Source: Chamaesiphon sp. (GTDB lineage: Bacteria; Cyanobacteriota; Cyanobacteriia; Cyanobacteriales; Chamaesiphonaceae). Taken from it: a stretch of DNA of 64,000 bases. Location: the NCBI GenBank assembly GCA_965246715.1, contig CBDFFH010000002.1:32001-96000 (forward strand), written 5' to 3'. Positions 20,675 through 31,436 of this stretch are shown here, one piece after another (the first letter of the stretch is position 1; the number at the start of each line of letters is the position of its first letter). The position numbers and the translations under genes are program-made. The notes under the pieces are model-generated. The model ran no database searches. It was not told where the DNA came from and saw only the letters and a program-made list of their open reading frames with translations.

Positions 20675-20753
20675 TTGAGGGAGTTGACTGTGCTGAATTG
20701 GGATAGCCTCACATCTTGGCTCGGTACAGAAACATTAGTAAAATCATAGATTT

Positions 20754-20779
20754 GTAGGGGTGCCCCTTGTGGGTACCCT
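20754..20779 (+). repeat. Solo REP-like palindrome
   Basis: GTAGGGGTGCCCCTTGTGGGTACCCT. Confidence 0.7.
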
Positions 20780-20896
20780 AGATCTAGGCGATCGACTAAT
20801 TGAATCGTTCGAGCCAGATCTAATGATGGCGATCGATCCGGTCTTGCGATCGCCTGATTAGCTTGCTAAAATATAATAAGTTACAATAGCAGTTAT

Positions 20897-21097
20897 ATGG
20901 CACGGCAACTCAAACGCTGGGAATCCCCCCGCAAAGAAGGGAGAAACGATAAAGGTAAAGGCGGTTCGGCACGTCAGCGACAAATCAAAAAACGCAATCA
21001 GATGCTCCGCAACAAGCTTAAAGAAGGCGGCAACGATAACACTAGCAAAAATAACAATCCAAAAAAGGGAGAGAACATGATTCTCTCCCTTTTTTAA
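20897..21097 (+). CDS. Small basic hypothetical protein
   Basis: K/R-rich ATG ORF downstream of TATAAT; its 3' end overlaps a hairpin. Confidence 0.65.
   Translation: MARQLKRWESPRKEGRNDKGKGGSARQRQIKKRNQMLRNKLKEGGNDNTSKNNNPKKGENMILSLF
21061..21095. terminator. Bidirectional intrinsic terminator-like hairpin
   Basis: AAAAAAGGGAGAGAA-CATGA-TTCTCTCCCTTTTTT between convergent genes. Confidence 0.7.
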
Positions 21098-21130
21098 TGT
21101 CGATCGCCAGATCGATCTCGTCGGTAAATT

Positions 21131-21655
21131 CTAACTTTCGTGAGACGAGCGCAATAAATAACCGCTAGCAGAGATTAAGAGAATCGCGATCGCTAAATAT
21201 AGCATCTCCGTCACTGAGTTGACATGCAGCTCCATCACGCGCTTAAAAAAACTGACGATTAGTACCACAATTACCACTTTCAAAATTTTATCCTTGAGTT
21301 GGTCGAGCGATTTAACTTCTAATATTTGCAACTCGTCACTCTCTCTGGCAATATCGATCTTAGAGATAAACAATTCATACACGCCAAAGCTAAAAATCAG
21401 TAAAACGATCCCGATTAGGTACAGATCGATCCCGCCGATTACGCCACTCATGATTTTAGCTACAGTATTCTCCGAAATTTCCTTGCCCACGATGAGGTTG
21501 ACGTATTCACCCAATACCAGGATGATTTCTAAGCTACCCAAGATAAATAAGACTACCACACTAATGATGCCGAACACGACGGGTACAATCGCTAAAAAAC
21601 GCACCGTCCATAAAGACTTTTCGACAATTTGTTCTAACTTTTCTTTCGGATTCAT
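21131..21655 (-). CDS. YqhA/UPF0114 membrane protein
   Basis: IDLYL, FGVYELFIS and SLDQLK motifs. Confidence 0.85.
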   Translation of the reverse strand: MNPKEKLEQIVEKSLWTVRFLAIVPVVFGIISVVVLFILGSLEIILVLGEYVNLIVGKEISENTVAKIMSGVIGGIDLYLIGIVLLIFSFGVYELFISKIDIARESDELQILEVKSLDQLKDKILKVVIVVLIVSFFKRVMELHVNSVTEMLYLAIAILLISASGYLLRSSHES

Positions 21656-21768
21656 TTTAAGTTGTGTGGATCGATCGGTCTATGTTCTATTATTGGCACA
21701 CAGATCGATGCGTCGAAATCACCCGATCGATGTTAGTTCGAGCTGGTGATGTCAATTTACGAAGGTCT

Positions 21769-23421
21769 TTATTTAGTCAATTCCACCGTTACGGTTGCGG
21801 ACATCCCTGGGGCAATGCGCGACTCATAACCTTTCAAGCTTTGGGGATCGAAGACGACCTTCACAGGGATGCGCTGAACGATTTTGGTAAAGTTACCAGT
21901 AGCATTATCGGGAGGTAGCAACGAAAATCTCGCGCCAGATGCAGGTGCAACACTTTGCAGGCGACCAACAAATGGATGGTTGGCCAAAGAATCGATTTTA
22001 ACTTCAACTGTTTGCCCTGGCTGCATTCTACTAAGTTGTGTTTCCTTGAAATTGGCAACTACCCACGGATTGTTATCGACAATCGCCATTAAGGGCGTGC
22101 CGGATTGGGTTTGCTGGCCGACTTCGACTCGTTTGTTACCAATTCTGCCGTTATTTGGTGCGACGATATTGGTGTAGGACAGTTGGAGTTGGGCATCCTT
22201 AAGCGTAGCTTCGGCTTGAGCGACATTGGCAAGTGCGGCTTGATATTGACTCTTGTTGACATCCGTTTGAGAGTTCGCAGCACGAGCTTGCTCGACGCTG
22301 CCTTGGGAAGTGGTCAGTTGGGCTTTGGCGCGATTGACTCCCTCTTGGGCTTGGGCAACTCGGGAACGAGCTTGTAATACCCCCGATTGCGCCTGGGCGA
22401 ATTGAGATCTTGCTCTAGCTACGCCTTCTTGCGCTTGGGCGAGTTTGGCTCTAGCACTGACGATCGATTCTTTTGCTTGGGAGACACGGGATCTAGCTTG
22501 CTGAACTGCTTGAACGGCAGCGCTGCGTTGGGCGAGGGTAGCTTGATAAGTAGCTCTGGCGGTATCTAACTGCTGTTGTGGTGCGGCTCCGGCTTGTTGC
22601 AAGTTTTGGTAACGTTGGAAATCCGCTTTTGCTTTGATTAAATTCGCATCGATTTGGGCGACTTGCGCTTGAGCGGCAGGAACGCCCGCCTCGGCTTCGG
22701 CCAGGGATGCTTGGGCAGCGGGAATAGCAGACTGCGAATCATTTACTGCGGCGATCGCGGCACCAATTGCCGACTGGGCCTGAACTACAGCGGATTGGGC
22801 GATCGGTACTCCCGATTGGGCTTCGGCCAGAGCGGCTTGGGCACTGGAGATTCCTGCCGTAGAATTAGATACTCCGCCTTGAGCCTGAGTGCTACTAGCA
22901 GCGGCATTTTGAGCGGCAACTTGAATATTTGATTTTGTAGTAGCAGCTTGGCGTTTAGCAGTCTCTAGTGCGGCTTTTGCTTGAATTACTCTAGATTGGT
23001 AGTCGCGCGGATCGAGCTTGATGAGAGTTTGTCCGGCAGTTACCTGTTGATTGTCTGCGACTAAAACTTGGGCGACATTACCATTCACGCGCGCACTGAT
23101 GGGATAGATATCTCCGGTCACCGTAGCATTATCGGTCTCTTCGTGAGTCTGGGCAAATTGCCACCACCGCAACCCAAAGATGCCAGCTACAGTCGCAACT
23201 CCTAGGCCGATCGCGAGCAACAAGATCTGCTTTTTGCTGGGATGAAAGCCATGCTTGCGCTTGGGTGGAACTGCTGGATCTGCGACACTCGACCCAGCCT
23301 CAACAGGGACTAGTTCCGAACCTTTTACAGCCAGATCTGATTCCCGATCCAATTGTTTGTGACCATTGGATGTCGCGGTAGGGGGGTGTGCTGGAAGTGG
23401 CTGGGAATCGGTCAGTTTCAT
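21769..23421 (-). CDS. HlyD/EmrA-type membrane fusion protein
   Basis: ETDNA, LDPRDY, a long A/Q coiled coil, ANFKETQL and PPDNATGNFTKIVQRIPV. Confidence 0.92.
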   Translation of the reverse strand: MKLTDSQPLPAHPPTATSNGHKQLDRESDLAVKGSELVPVEAGSSVADPAVPPKRKHGFHPSKKQILLLAIGLGVATVAGIFGLRWWQFAQTHEETDNATVTGDIYPISARVNGNVAQVLVADNQQVTAGQTLIKLDPRDYQSRVIQAKAALETAKRQAATTKSNIQVAAQNAAASSTQAQGGVSNSTAGISSAQAALAEAQSGVPIAQSAVVQAQSAIGAAIAAVNDSQSAIPAAQASLAEAEAGVPAAQAQVAQIDANLIKAKADFQRYQNLQQAGAAPQQQLDTARATYQATLAQRSAAVQAVQQARSRVSQAKESIVSARAKLAQAQEGVARARSQFAQAQSGVLQARSRVAQAQEGVNRAKAQLTTSQGSVEQARAANSQTDVNKSQYQAALANVAQAEATLKDAQLQLSYTNIVAPNNGRIGNKRVEVGQQTQSGTPLMAIVDNNPWVVANFKETQLSRMQPGQTVEVKIDSLANHPFVGRLQSVAPASGARFSLLPPDNATGNFTKIVQRIPVKVVFDPQSLKGYESRIAPGMSATVTVELTK

Positions 23422-23601
23422 TTAAACCTCTTGTATCGATAGATTTATGGTCTGGACAAGATCGGGGATAAATGTGGCAACTTCGCTGCTGCGTCCGACT
23501 AACTGTAACAATTAGGGCTGGATCTCGCGCTCTACCGGATGGGGTAATTGTCGATTCCATGCTAATTTGGCTAGTTTGCGGGTACCTCGACCTAAATAAT
23601 T

Positions 23602-23631
23602 AACTATCTGGTTAGTTGTTCTATTATATCA
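23602..23631 (-). promoter_or_regulatory. Extended -10 plus TetR-like operator for the HlyD gene
   Basis: TG-A-TATAAT on the minus strand (23623-23631), immediately followed by the inverted repeat AACTA-N6-TAGTT (23602-23617). Confidence 0.45.
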
Positions 23632-23876
23632 TTTTGCTTAACATAGAGGTAAGCGAGCGCAATAAATTACTTGAGTAGTAAATTCAAGATTGCTCCACAT
23701 GTATCAATATCTCACTGGCCAAGGCTTTGCCAAGAAGATTGACAGATCTTCATCACCAGGATCGGACTTGTCGAAGTTAGGATCGAAGCATTGATGGCGA
23801 TCTCGGATAGCCAAAGCCGTCACAAGCTGTAGATCCATGCTCCCGAAGCGTTTTTGAATTAACTGAGGTAAATCAC

Positions 23877-25448
23877 TTGACCACGATCGCCGCACAGCAA
23901 CCACCACAACAAGTACCACTCAAAACCTGGATCGGCCTGCTTGGAGTAATGATCGGCGCATTTATGGCGATCTTGGATATTCAGATAACCAACTCGGCGC
24001 TCAAAGATATTCAGGGCGCACTATCTGCTTCGATCGAAGAAGGTTCGTGGATTGCCACATCCTATCTAGTCGCCGAAATTGTCGTGATTCCGCTGACTGG
24101 GTGGTTGAGTCGAGTATTCTCGATTCGCACCTACATCCTGGTAAACGCCGCACTATTTTTAGTCTTTTCGATCTGTTGCGCTTTGGCGTGGGATTTGAAT
24201 TCGATGATCGTGTTTCGGGGCTTACAGGGCTTCACCGGCGGCGTATTGATTCCGATGGCATTTACGATCGTCTTGACGACCTTACCGCCAGCCAAACAAC
24301 CGATCGGTAACGCTCTATTTGGTGTGACGGCTGTATTTGCGCCGTCAGTCGGCCCCACGATCGGTGGCTGGTTGACTGAAAATTTTGGCTGGCAATATAT
24401 CTTTTATCTCAATATCATTCCTGGGTTAGCCTTAATTGCGGCAGTCTGGTATGCGATTCCGGCTGGGGCGATGCAGTTAAATTTACTCAAAGGTGGCGAC
24501 TGGTTTGGGATTGGCGCGATGGCGATCGGGTTGGCTTCGCTGGAAGTAGTTTTAGAAGAGGGCAATCGCAAAGACTGGTTTAGCTCGGAACTAATCAGCC
24601 GACTGGCAATTACTGCGGTAATTTTCCTGACGATATTTTTTACGATCGAATTTACTAGCAAACGTCCGTTTATCAATCTGCGGTTGTTAAAGCGGCGGAA
24701 CTTTGGGCTGTGTACGATTATTAATGTCGCGCTGGGATTGGGTTTGTATGGTTCGATCTATATTTTGCCGCTGTATCTGTCCCAGATTCAGGGCTACAAC
24801 GCGCTCCAGATCGGTGAAGTGATTGCCTGGTCGGGGATTCCTCAGTTGTTTTTGATTCCGTTGATTCCCAAATTGATGCAACGGTTTGATGTACGGATTT
24901 TGTTAGCAACGGGGGTGAGTTTATTTGCAATTAGTTGTTTTATGAATTCAGATCTGACGGCGGATGTCGGGATGGATCAATTACGATTTCCACAGATCGT
25001 CCGCGCGTTCGGACAACCGCTGGTGTTAATCCCGTTGACAGCTACAGCTACGGCAAATATGGAAAGATCGGAAGCTGGTTCGGCATCGGCGCTGTTTAAT
25101 ATGATGCGAAATCTCGGCGGATCGATCGGGATTGCCACGCTCGGAACGATCTTGGATCTACGGGAGAAATTTCATTCGAGTATTATCGGCGAATCTGTCT
25201 CGCTCTACAATCCCGCCACCCAAGAGCGACTGAATCAATTGCAGCAAAATTTTATCAGTCGCGGGATCGACCCCAGTACGGCTTATCAACAGGCGATCGC
25301 CGCGATCGATGCCACAGTTCGCAAACAGGCGTTCGTGCTTGCCTACGGCGATTGTTTCTACTTTGTCGGCTGTTCTTTGCTAGTGGCTGGGATTGCAGTA
25401 ATATTCATCAAGAAGGTGAAGGTGAGCGGTGCGGGTGGCGGACATTAG
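23877..25448 (+). CDS. DHA2/EmrB MFS efflux permease
   Basis: AFMAILDIQI, WIATSYLVAE, GPTIGGWL, LEEG..DWF and RNLGGSIG motifs; TTG start. Confidence 0.92.
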   Translation: MTTIAAQQPPQQVPLKTWIGLLGVMIGAFMAILDIQITNSALKDIQGALSASIEEGSWIATSYLVAEIVVIPLTGWLSRVFSIRTYILVNAALFLVFSICCALAWDLNSMIVFRGLQGFTGGVLIPMAFTIVLTTLPPAKQPIGNALFGVTAVFAPSVGPTIGGWLTENFGWQYIFYLNIIPGLALIAAVWYAIPAGAMQLNLLKGGDWFGIGAMAIGLASLEVVLEEGNRKDWFSSELISRLAITAVIFLTIFFTIEFTSKRPFINLRLLKRRNFGLCTIINVALGLGLYGSIYILPLYLSQIQGYNALQIGEVIAWSGIPQLFLIPLIPKLMQRFDVRILLATGVSLFAISCFMNSDLTADVGMDQLRFPQIVRAFGQPLVLIPLTATATANMERSEAGSASALFNMMRNLGGSIGIATLGTILDLREKFHSSIIGESVSLYNPATQERLNQLQQNFISRGIDPSTAYQQAIAAIDATVRKQAFVLAYGDCFYFVGCSLLVAGIAVIFIKKVKVSGAGGGH

Positions 25449-25451
25449 ATA

Positions 25452-25676
25452 ACGTGAGTTTCTCCTACCGGAGAGGCTACGCCAACGGCTTAAGGATATT
25501 GGCTCCGCTCTGGCTCCGCCCTCGATTGAAATCGGGGCTAACGTTACAAAGTCCGCCTTCGCGGACTGAATATCTTAGTCCGCGAAGGCAGGCTTTTGCC
25601 GCTCGCGGCAACAACCGGACTTCGCATCATGAGCCGAGACTTTAGTCTCCAGGCTCCTCTTATCCCGAACTCAGGT
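25452..25676 (+). mobile_element. MITE family B copy between the convergent stops of the permease gene and gyrB
   Basis: Ends ACGTGAGTT... / ...CTTATCCCGAACTCAGGT; shares its right arm with 59239-59300. Confidence 0.8.
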
Positions 25677-27613
25677 TAAATATCTAAATCCATCATATTT
25701 AGTTTAGAACCATATGTTTCAATAAATTCCCGACGTGGCGCGACTCGATCGCCCATTAAGATTGTAAAAATCCGATCGGCTTCAGCAGCATCTTGAATTT
25801 CAACACGTTTGAGCGTGCGAGTTTGTCGATCCATTGTAGTCTCCCACAACTGCTGGGGCATCATTTCGCCCAATCCTTTAAACCGCTGAATATTGTAGTT
25901 GGCATTAGCCGGAAACTCAGCAATCTTTTGTTGCAACTCGCGTTCGCTATAGCAGTAATAGTGATTGCGCCCGCGTTCTAATTTATAGAGCGGTGGGCAA
26001 GCAATATAGATATAACCTTCTTCAATTAAGGCGCGTTGGTAGCGATAGAAGAAAGTCAGCAATAGCGTCCGAATGTGGGCACCATCTACGTCGGCATCTG
26101 TCATCAAACAGATCCGGTGATAGCGAAGCTGTTCGGATTTGAAATCTTCACCGCGAACTCCGAGTCCTAATGCGGTAATTAGCGCCTGGATTTCGGTGTT
26201 TTTGTAAATCTTTGAATCTTCAGTTTTTTCGATGTTCAAGATCTTACCCCGGAGCGGTAGGATCGCTTGAAACCTTCGATCCCGTCCTTGTTTTGCCGAA
26301 CCTCCTGCTGAGTCACCTTCGACGATAAAGATTTCAGATTCGCTCGGATCTTTCGAGCTACAATCTGCCAATTTACCAGGCAAAGTTGAGGATTCTAATA
26401 CCGACTTCCGGCGGACTAATTCCCGCGCTCTTCGGGCTGCTTCGGCGGCATTGAATGCTTGAATTGCTTTCTCTAAAATTGCGTCAGCAATATTGGGGCG
26501 AAATTCGAGATATTCAGTCAAGGCTTCAGAGACGATCGAGTCTACAATGCCCCGAACTTCAGTGTTACCTAACTTAGTCTTGGTTTGTCCTTCAAATTCA
26601 GGATTTGGTACCTTCACCGAAACAATTGCTGTTAAACCTTCGCGGATGTTTTCACCACCTAAGTTGGAGTCACCTTCTTTAAGTTTATTCCGTTTGCGGG
26701 CAACGGCATTCATCGTCCGCGTCAAGACGACTTTCAAGCCTTCTAAATGCGTCCCACCATCGATCGTCCGAATGTTATTCGCAAAACCTAAAACGTTATC
26801 GCTATAAGCATCAATACACCATTGCAGAGCGACTTCGACTTGAACTTTATTCTTCTCGCTTTGGATATAGATTACTTCTTCATGTAGCGGTTGCTTATCA
26901 GCATTGATATAGGAAACATATTCCTTAATCCCACCTTCATAGTAGTAATTTTCGACTTTGGGTGTATCGGTACCCAATAATTCCAACCGATAATCGGTAA
27001 AGCTGATCCGAATCCCTGCATTGAGGTATGCTAATTCTTTGAAGCGACTGGCTAAGGTATCGAAATCAAACTCGATACTCTCTTTGAAAATCTCTGTATC
27101 TGGTAAAAATGTGACCGTCGTACCCGTCCGATCTTCTGGACTGGGAACGACTTCCAATCCCGACACCGCGATCCCTTTTTCAAAGCGTTGGGTATGGATT
27201 TTCTGGTTTCGCCAAACTTTGACTTCTACTTGTGCAGAAAGCGCGTTTACTACCGAGATCCCGACTCCATGCAATCCACCTGAGACGGTATAACCACCAT
27301 CGCCAAATTTACCACCAGCGTGAAGCACGGTTAAAACTGTTTCGATCGTTGATTTACCAGTTTGGGGGTTGATACCTGCGGGAATCCCCCGTCCATCATC
27401 GACTACTGTTACCGAGCCATTGGCGTTAATTGAAATATCGATGTTTTTGCAATGACCAGCCAGTGCTTCATCGATCGAGTTGTCCGCAACCTCGTATACT
27501 AGGTGATGGAGTCCTTTCGGCCCTGTCGAACCGATATACATCCCCGGTCGAACTCGGACGGCTTCTAGTCCTTCGAGTACGCGAATGTTACCGTCATCAT
27601 AATCAGTGGTCAT
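25676..27613 (-). CDS. gyrB: DNA gyrase subunit B
   Basis: [56 protein letters not shown] and QRFKGLGEM motifs. Confidence 0.97.
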   Translation of the reverse strand: MTTDYDDGNIRVLEGLEAVRVRPGMYIGSTGPKGLHHLVYEVADNSIDEALAGHCKNIDISINANGSVTVVDDGRGIPAGINPQTGKSTIETVLTVLHAGGKFGDGGYTVSGGLHGVGISVVNALSAQVEVKVWRNQKIHTQRFEKGIAVSGLEVVPSPEDRTGTTVTFLPDTEIFKESIEFDFDTLASRFKELAYLNAGIRISFTDYRLELLGTDTPKVENYYYEGGIKEYVSYINADKQPLHEEVIYIQSEKNKVQVEVALQWCIDAYSDNVLGFANNIRTIDGGTHLEGLKVVLTRTMNAVARKRNKLKEGDSNLGGENIREGLTAIVSVKVPNPEFEGQTKTKLGNTEVRGIVDSIVSEALTEYLEFRPNIADAILEKAIQAFNAAEAARRARELVRRKSVLESSTLPGKLADCSSKDPSESEIFIVEGDSAGGSAKQGRDRRFQAILPLRGKILNIEKTEDSKIYKNTEIQALITALGLGVRGEDFKSEQLRYHRICLMTDADVDGAHIRTLLLTFFYRYQRALIEEGYIYIACPPLYKLERGRNHYYCYSERELQQKIAEFPANANYNIQRFKGLGEMMPQQLWETTMDRQTRTLKRVEIQDAAEADRIFTILMGDRVAPRREFIETYGSKLNMMDLDI

Positions 27614-27782
27614 AAACGATGCTCCAATAATTGGTTCCAAGCCGCCTTTGGCTGCATTGATGATAAAATCACTCCAAAATTATAACACAAATAGGTTATA
27701 GGCGACGCTAGATAGTTCTGTGAATATTTTCTAGATTGGGATGGCTCCTAAATATTTATTAGTTTTCAGCACTATCCCTCGC

Positions 27783-27808
27783 AGGGTACCCACAAGGGGC
27801 ACCCCTAC
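27783..27808 (-). repeat. Solo REP-like palindrome
   Basis: Reverse complement of GTAGGGGTGCCCCTTGTGGGTACCCT. Confidence 0.7.
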
Positions 27809-27903
27809 AATAAATCTCAAAATTCCCTCTTTTCTTATTCCCCTCCTCGGAGCGGTGCGCCACCGACGGGTTTCCCGTCGCTCACGGCGCAACAAGACAG
27901 GGG

Positions 27904-29148
27904 TTAGGGGTGGGTTCCGGATTTGAGGCGGGTTTGTTTCGATTTCTCACGGGCTAATTCTCGCTCCTTTCTATATAGTTCGGCGGCATTGGATGCCTGA
28001 ATTGCTCGATCGATAATTGCATCAGCAACATCAGGATGAGATGCTAAATATACTGTCACGGCTTCGGACACGATCGAATCTACAATCCCGCGCACTTCAC
28101 TATTCGCTAATTTAGCTTTAATCGGGCCTGCCCACTCTGGATTTGGCAGTAACACCGACACAATTGCGGTTAAGCCGTTACGCGTATATGCGTCATTGAG
28201 ACTAGCATCTTTCGATTGGATTCTATTTTGTTGACTAGTAATTTGATTTAAAGTGCGATTTACAGCCATTTTTAACCCCTCGCAATGCTGCCCCCCTTCC
28301 ATCGTTTGAACTGTATTGGCAAAGCCAAGAATGTTATCAACATCGGTATCTAGACACCACTGAAGTGCTACTTCTACCCGAACCCGATCTTTTTCCGTCC
28401 TTGCATAAATAACATCCTCATGTAACGGCTGTTTTTCACGATTGAGGTAGGCGAGATAATCCCGCAATCCGCTTTCATAATAGTAGCTTTCTAGCTTGGG
28501 TTCGTTTATTTCTAATGATTGGAGCCGATAATCTGCAAAACTAATCCTAATCCCTGCATTGACACCAGCTAATTCTCTAAATCGATGCGCTAGGAGATCG
28601 AAATCAAACTCGATCGTTTTCTGAAAAATCTCTGGATCTGGTAGAAAGGATATTGTCGTCCCTGTGCAATCGTTTTCACTGGGTGAGATTTCCAATTCTG
28701 ATACTGCAAACCCTTTCTCGAAGCGTTGAGTATGGAGTTTACCATCGCGCCAAACCTTAACTTCGAGTTGAGATGATAGGGCGCTAACTACCGCAATCCC
28801 GACTCCATGCAAATTGCCGCCAATTCTATAATCACAATCTCTAGATTTGCTGACATAAAGATGCGTAAAAATTTCTTCGATCGAGAATTTACCAATTTGG
28901 TTATTTTGCTCGCTTTCAATCCCGCGCCCGTCATCGGTTACAGTAATCGAACCATTAGCATTAATCGAGATATCGATATTTTGGCAGTGTCCCGCTAGTG
29001 CTTCCTCGATCGAGTTATCGACAACCTCATATACTAAATGATGCAGACCTTTCGATCCGGTCGAACCGATATACATCCCTGGTCGGACACGGACGGCTTC
29101 TAGTCCTTCGAGTACCCGAATGTTACAGTCATCATAATCATCGGTCAT
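27904..29148 (-). CDS. Truncated, diverged GyrB paralog (GHKL ATPase + transducer, no TOPRIM)
   Basis: 414 aa from ATG 29148, colinear with gyrB up to the ...RELARE helix, then stops inside a GGGTTAGGGGTGGG repeat. Confidence 0.85.
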   Translation of the reverse strand: MTDDYDDCNIRVLEGLEAVRVRPGMYIGSTGSKGLHHLVYEVVDNSIEEALAGHCQNIDISINANGSITVTDDGRGIESEQNNQIGKFSIEEIFTHLYVSKSRDCDYRIGGNLHGVGIAVVSALSSQLEVKVWRDGKLHTQRFEKGFAVSELEISPSENDCTGTTISFLPDPEIFQKTIEFDFDLLAHRFRELAGVNAGIRISFADYRLQSLEINEPKLESYYYESGLRDYLAYLNREKQPLHEDVIYARTEKDRVRVEVALQWCLDTDVDNILGFANTVQTMEGGQHCEGLKMAVNRTLNQITSQQNRIQSKDASLNDAYTRNGLTAIVSVLLPNPEWAGPIKAKLANSEVRGIVDSIVSEAVTVYLASHPDVADAIIDRAIQASNAAELYRKERELAREKSKQTRLKSGTHP

Positions 29149-29342
29149 AAGCAACGCTCCGTTAATGGGCTGCAAGCCACCTTTGAAACACAAAAGATCG
29201 AATCGCCCCAAAGTTATAACATAAGCATTCTAAAGAGGGCAATAGACACTTCCGTGAATGTTTTAAACAAGATACCTTAACCTAATAAACTTTATTGCAG
29301 AACGCTCTCAACTGTTCACTGTTCACTATTCACTGTCCCCCT

Positions 29343-30251
29343 ATGCTCATAGTTATCTGCGGTGCGACGGCGACGGGGAAATCAGGACTAGCGATCGAGA
29401 TAGCCCAACGGCTTAATTCCAGGATCGTCAGTGCCGATTCGCGGCAAATATATCGGGAGTTTGATATTGCTACTGCGAAAGTATCTGCTGCCGAACTGGC
29501 CTTGGTGCCGCATTACCTTGTTAGTACATGCGATCCTAATTATACGCTAACGGTTGCGGAATATCAATTACAGGCACAGCAACTCATCGAGACGTTTCAT
29601 CAGCAACAGACCATTCCGCTCTTAGTTGGGGGAACGGGACTATATATTAAGTCAGTGGTGAAAGGGATGAAGATCCCGCGCGTCGCACCACAGCAAGAGT
29701 TGCGATCGCAATTAACTAGATTGGGGCAGGTGCAGTGTTATCAGATCCTTCAGCAAGTCGATCCACAAGCAATGCAAAAGATCCATGCCAACGATCCGAT
29801 TCGGACGATTCGCGCCCTAGAAGTTTATTATGTGACGGGTCGATCGATCTCCAGTCAGCAGGGTGAAGCTCCGCCGAGTTATCCAGTGTTGCAAATCGGT
29901 TTGGATTGTACGGATTTAGATGTGCTGACGCAACGGATTCAGCGGCGGACAAAGCAGATGATTGAGTTGGGTTGGGAGGCAGAAGTTGCATATTTAGGCG
30001 CAAAATATGGCTGGGATTTACCATTACTAAATACGCTGGGATATGCCGAGATGCGGCAGCATTTGCAGGGCGAAATTAGTTTAGCAGAAGCGATCGATCT
30101 TACCATTGTACATACACGTCAATTTGCCAAACGCCAGCGGACTTGGTTTCGCGCGATTCCCGAAATCGAGTGGTTCGATAGCGACGATAAGATGTTGCTC
30201 GATCGGGTGTGGGCGAGGATCGATCGATTTTACCGCGATTACAATCGCTGA
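29343..30251 (+). CDS. miaA: tRNA dimethylallyltransferase
   Basis: GATATGKS, SADSRQIY, VGGTGLY and FAKRQRTWF motifs. Confidence 0.96.
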   Translation: MLIVICGATATGKSGLAIEIAQRLNSRIVSADSRQIYREFDIATAKVSAAELALVPHYLVSTCDPNYTLTVAEYQLQAQQLIETFHQQQTIPLLVGGTGLYIKSVVKGMKIPRVAPQQELRSQLTRLGQVQCYQILQQVDPQAMQKIHANDPIRTIRALEVYYVTGRSISSQQGEAPPSYPVLQIGLDCTDLDVLTQRIQRRTKQMIELGWEAEVAYLGAKYGWDLPLLNTLGYAEMRQHLQGEISLAEAIDLTIVHTRQFAKRQRTWFRAIPEIEWFDSDDKMLLDRVWARIDRFYRDYNR

Positions 30252-30324
30252 GCTACTCGGATTCGGCAGGTCTTTTGTAGCTCGATCGGGGAATGCTATA
30301 GATACAGCGTCCCGCCTTTTCGCC

Positions 30325-31380
30325 ATGCCTGTAAATGTTGACACCATAACAGAGATTCTTGAATACCGACTCAACCAAGCTTTGCCCGACTGCGGGATTT
30401 CAGTCAAGTTTGTTGCACCGACGTTGAAGATCCGCACGACTCTAGCTCAGCCAACCGATCTCGAAATTCGATCGATCGTTCGAGCTTTGCAAATTTGCCG
30501 CGATAATCTCTCTGAGCTGACGATTCAAACCGTTACGATCTATGGATTGCGCGATAATCGGGTCGTGCTATGGAAAAAATCTTTTCCGATAGCGCGAGTA
30601 CTTGCAGAAGAGCGCAAGAGCGAGCATGATTCCGATTTATTTTCGTTTGAGAATCAGTATGTCAATCGCTTTGCTGTGCCGATCGCTTTTTTATTTAGCG
30701 CAATCTTGTACTGGAGCAAATTAGATCTACTGTTGTTGGGAATGCGGATTTGGATTCATGAGATCGGACATGCAGTGGTGGCATGGTTTTCGGGCCGCAG
30801 AGCAACACCGTTACCTTTTGGCTGGACGAATGTTAGTCTCGATCGCTCGCCGATCGTCTATATTTGTTTTCTAGGATTGTGGGGACTGCTATTTTATAGC
30901 GGATGGAAGGAGCGCAAACGTTGGACAATGGGAATTGCAGTTGTTGCAACACTCGTACAATTTGGGATGACGTGGTATCTGTCCCAAGACGCGTTTGAAA
31001 TGTGGTTTGCGTTTGGGGGTGTCGGTGGGGAATTTTATGTCAGTACGTTGCTAGTAGTTGGCTTTTATCTGCCGTTACCCGATCGCTGGCATTGGGGATT
31101 TTGGCGCTATCCAGCATTATTGATGGGTGCTAGTACCTTTTTTAATGCGTTGAGTTTTTGGCATCAAGTGAAACGGGGCACTGCGGCCATCCCGTGGGGG
31201 ACAATGTTAAATGGATCGGGAGATGCTGGTGGCGATATGAATCAGCTCCACGATTTCGGTTGGAGCGATGGGCAGATCGTGAATACTTATATCGCGATCG
31301 GCCAGTTGTGTTTGTGGGTGACGATCGGGATTTATGTAGTGCGGGCGATCTCTTCGCACCGTAAAGGTTTGAATCTATAA
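30325..31380 (+). CDS. Membrane protein with M50-like metallopeptidase motif
   Basis: HEIGH in a hydrophobic context, multiple TM segments, distal GGDM; start inferred. Confidence 0.7.
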   Translation: MPVNVDTITEILEYRLNQALPDCGISVKFVAPTLKIRTTLAQPTDLEIRSIVRALQICRDNLSELTIQTVTIYGLRDNRVVLWKKSFPIARVLAEERKSEHDSDLFSFENQYVNRFAVPIAFLFSAILYWSKLDLLLLGMRIWIHEIGHAVVAWFSGRRATPLPFGWTNVSLDRSPIVYICFLGLWGLLFYSGWKERKRWTMGIAVVATLVQFGMTWYLSQDAFEMWFAFGGVGGEFYVSTLLVVGFYLPLPDRWHWGFWRYPALLMGASTFFNALSFWHQVKRGTAAIPWGTMLNGSGDAGGDMNQLHDFGWSDGQIVNTYIAIGQLCLWVTIGIYVVRAISSHRKGLNL

Positions 31381-31436
31381 ATTAATTCCCAATCGCGGAT
31401 TGAGAGCGCCACAGATTCGGCGATCGATCTTATTTT

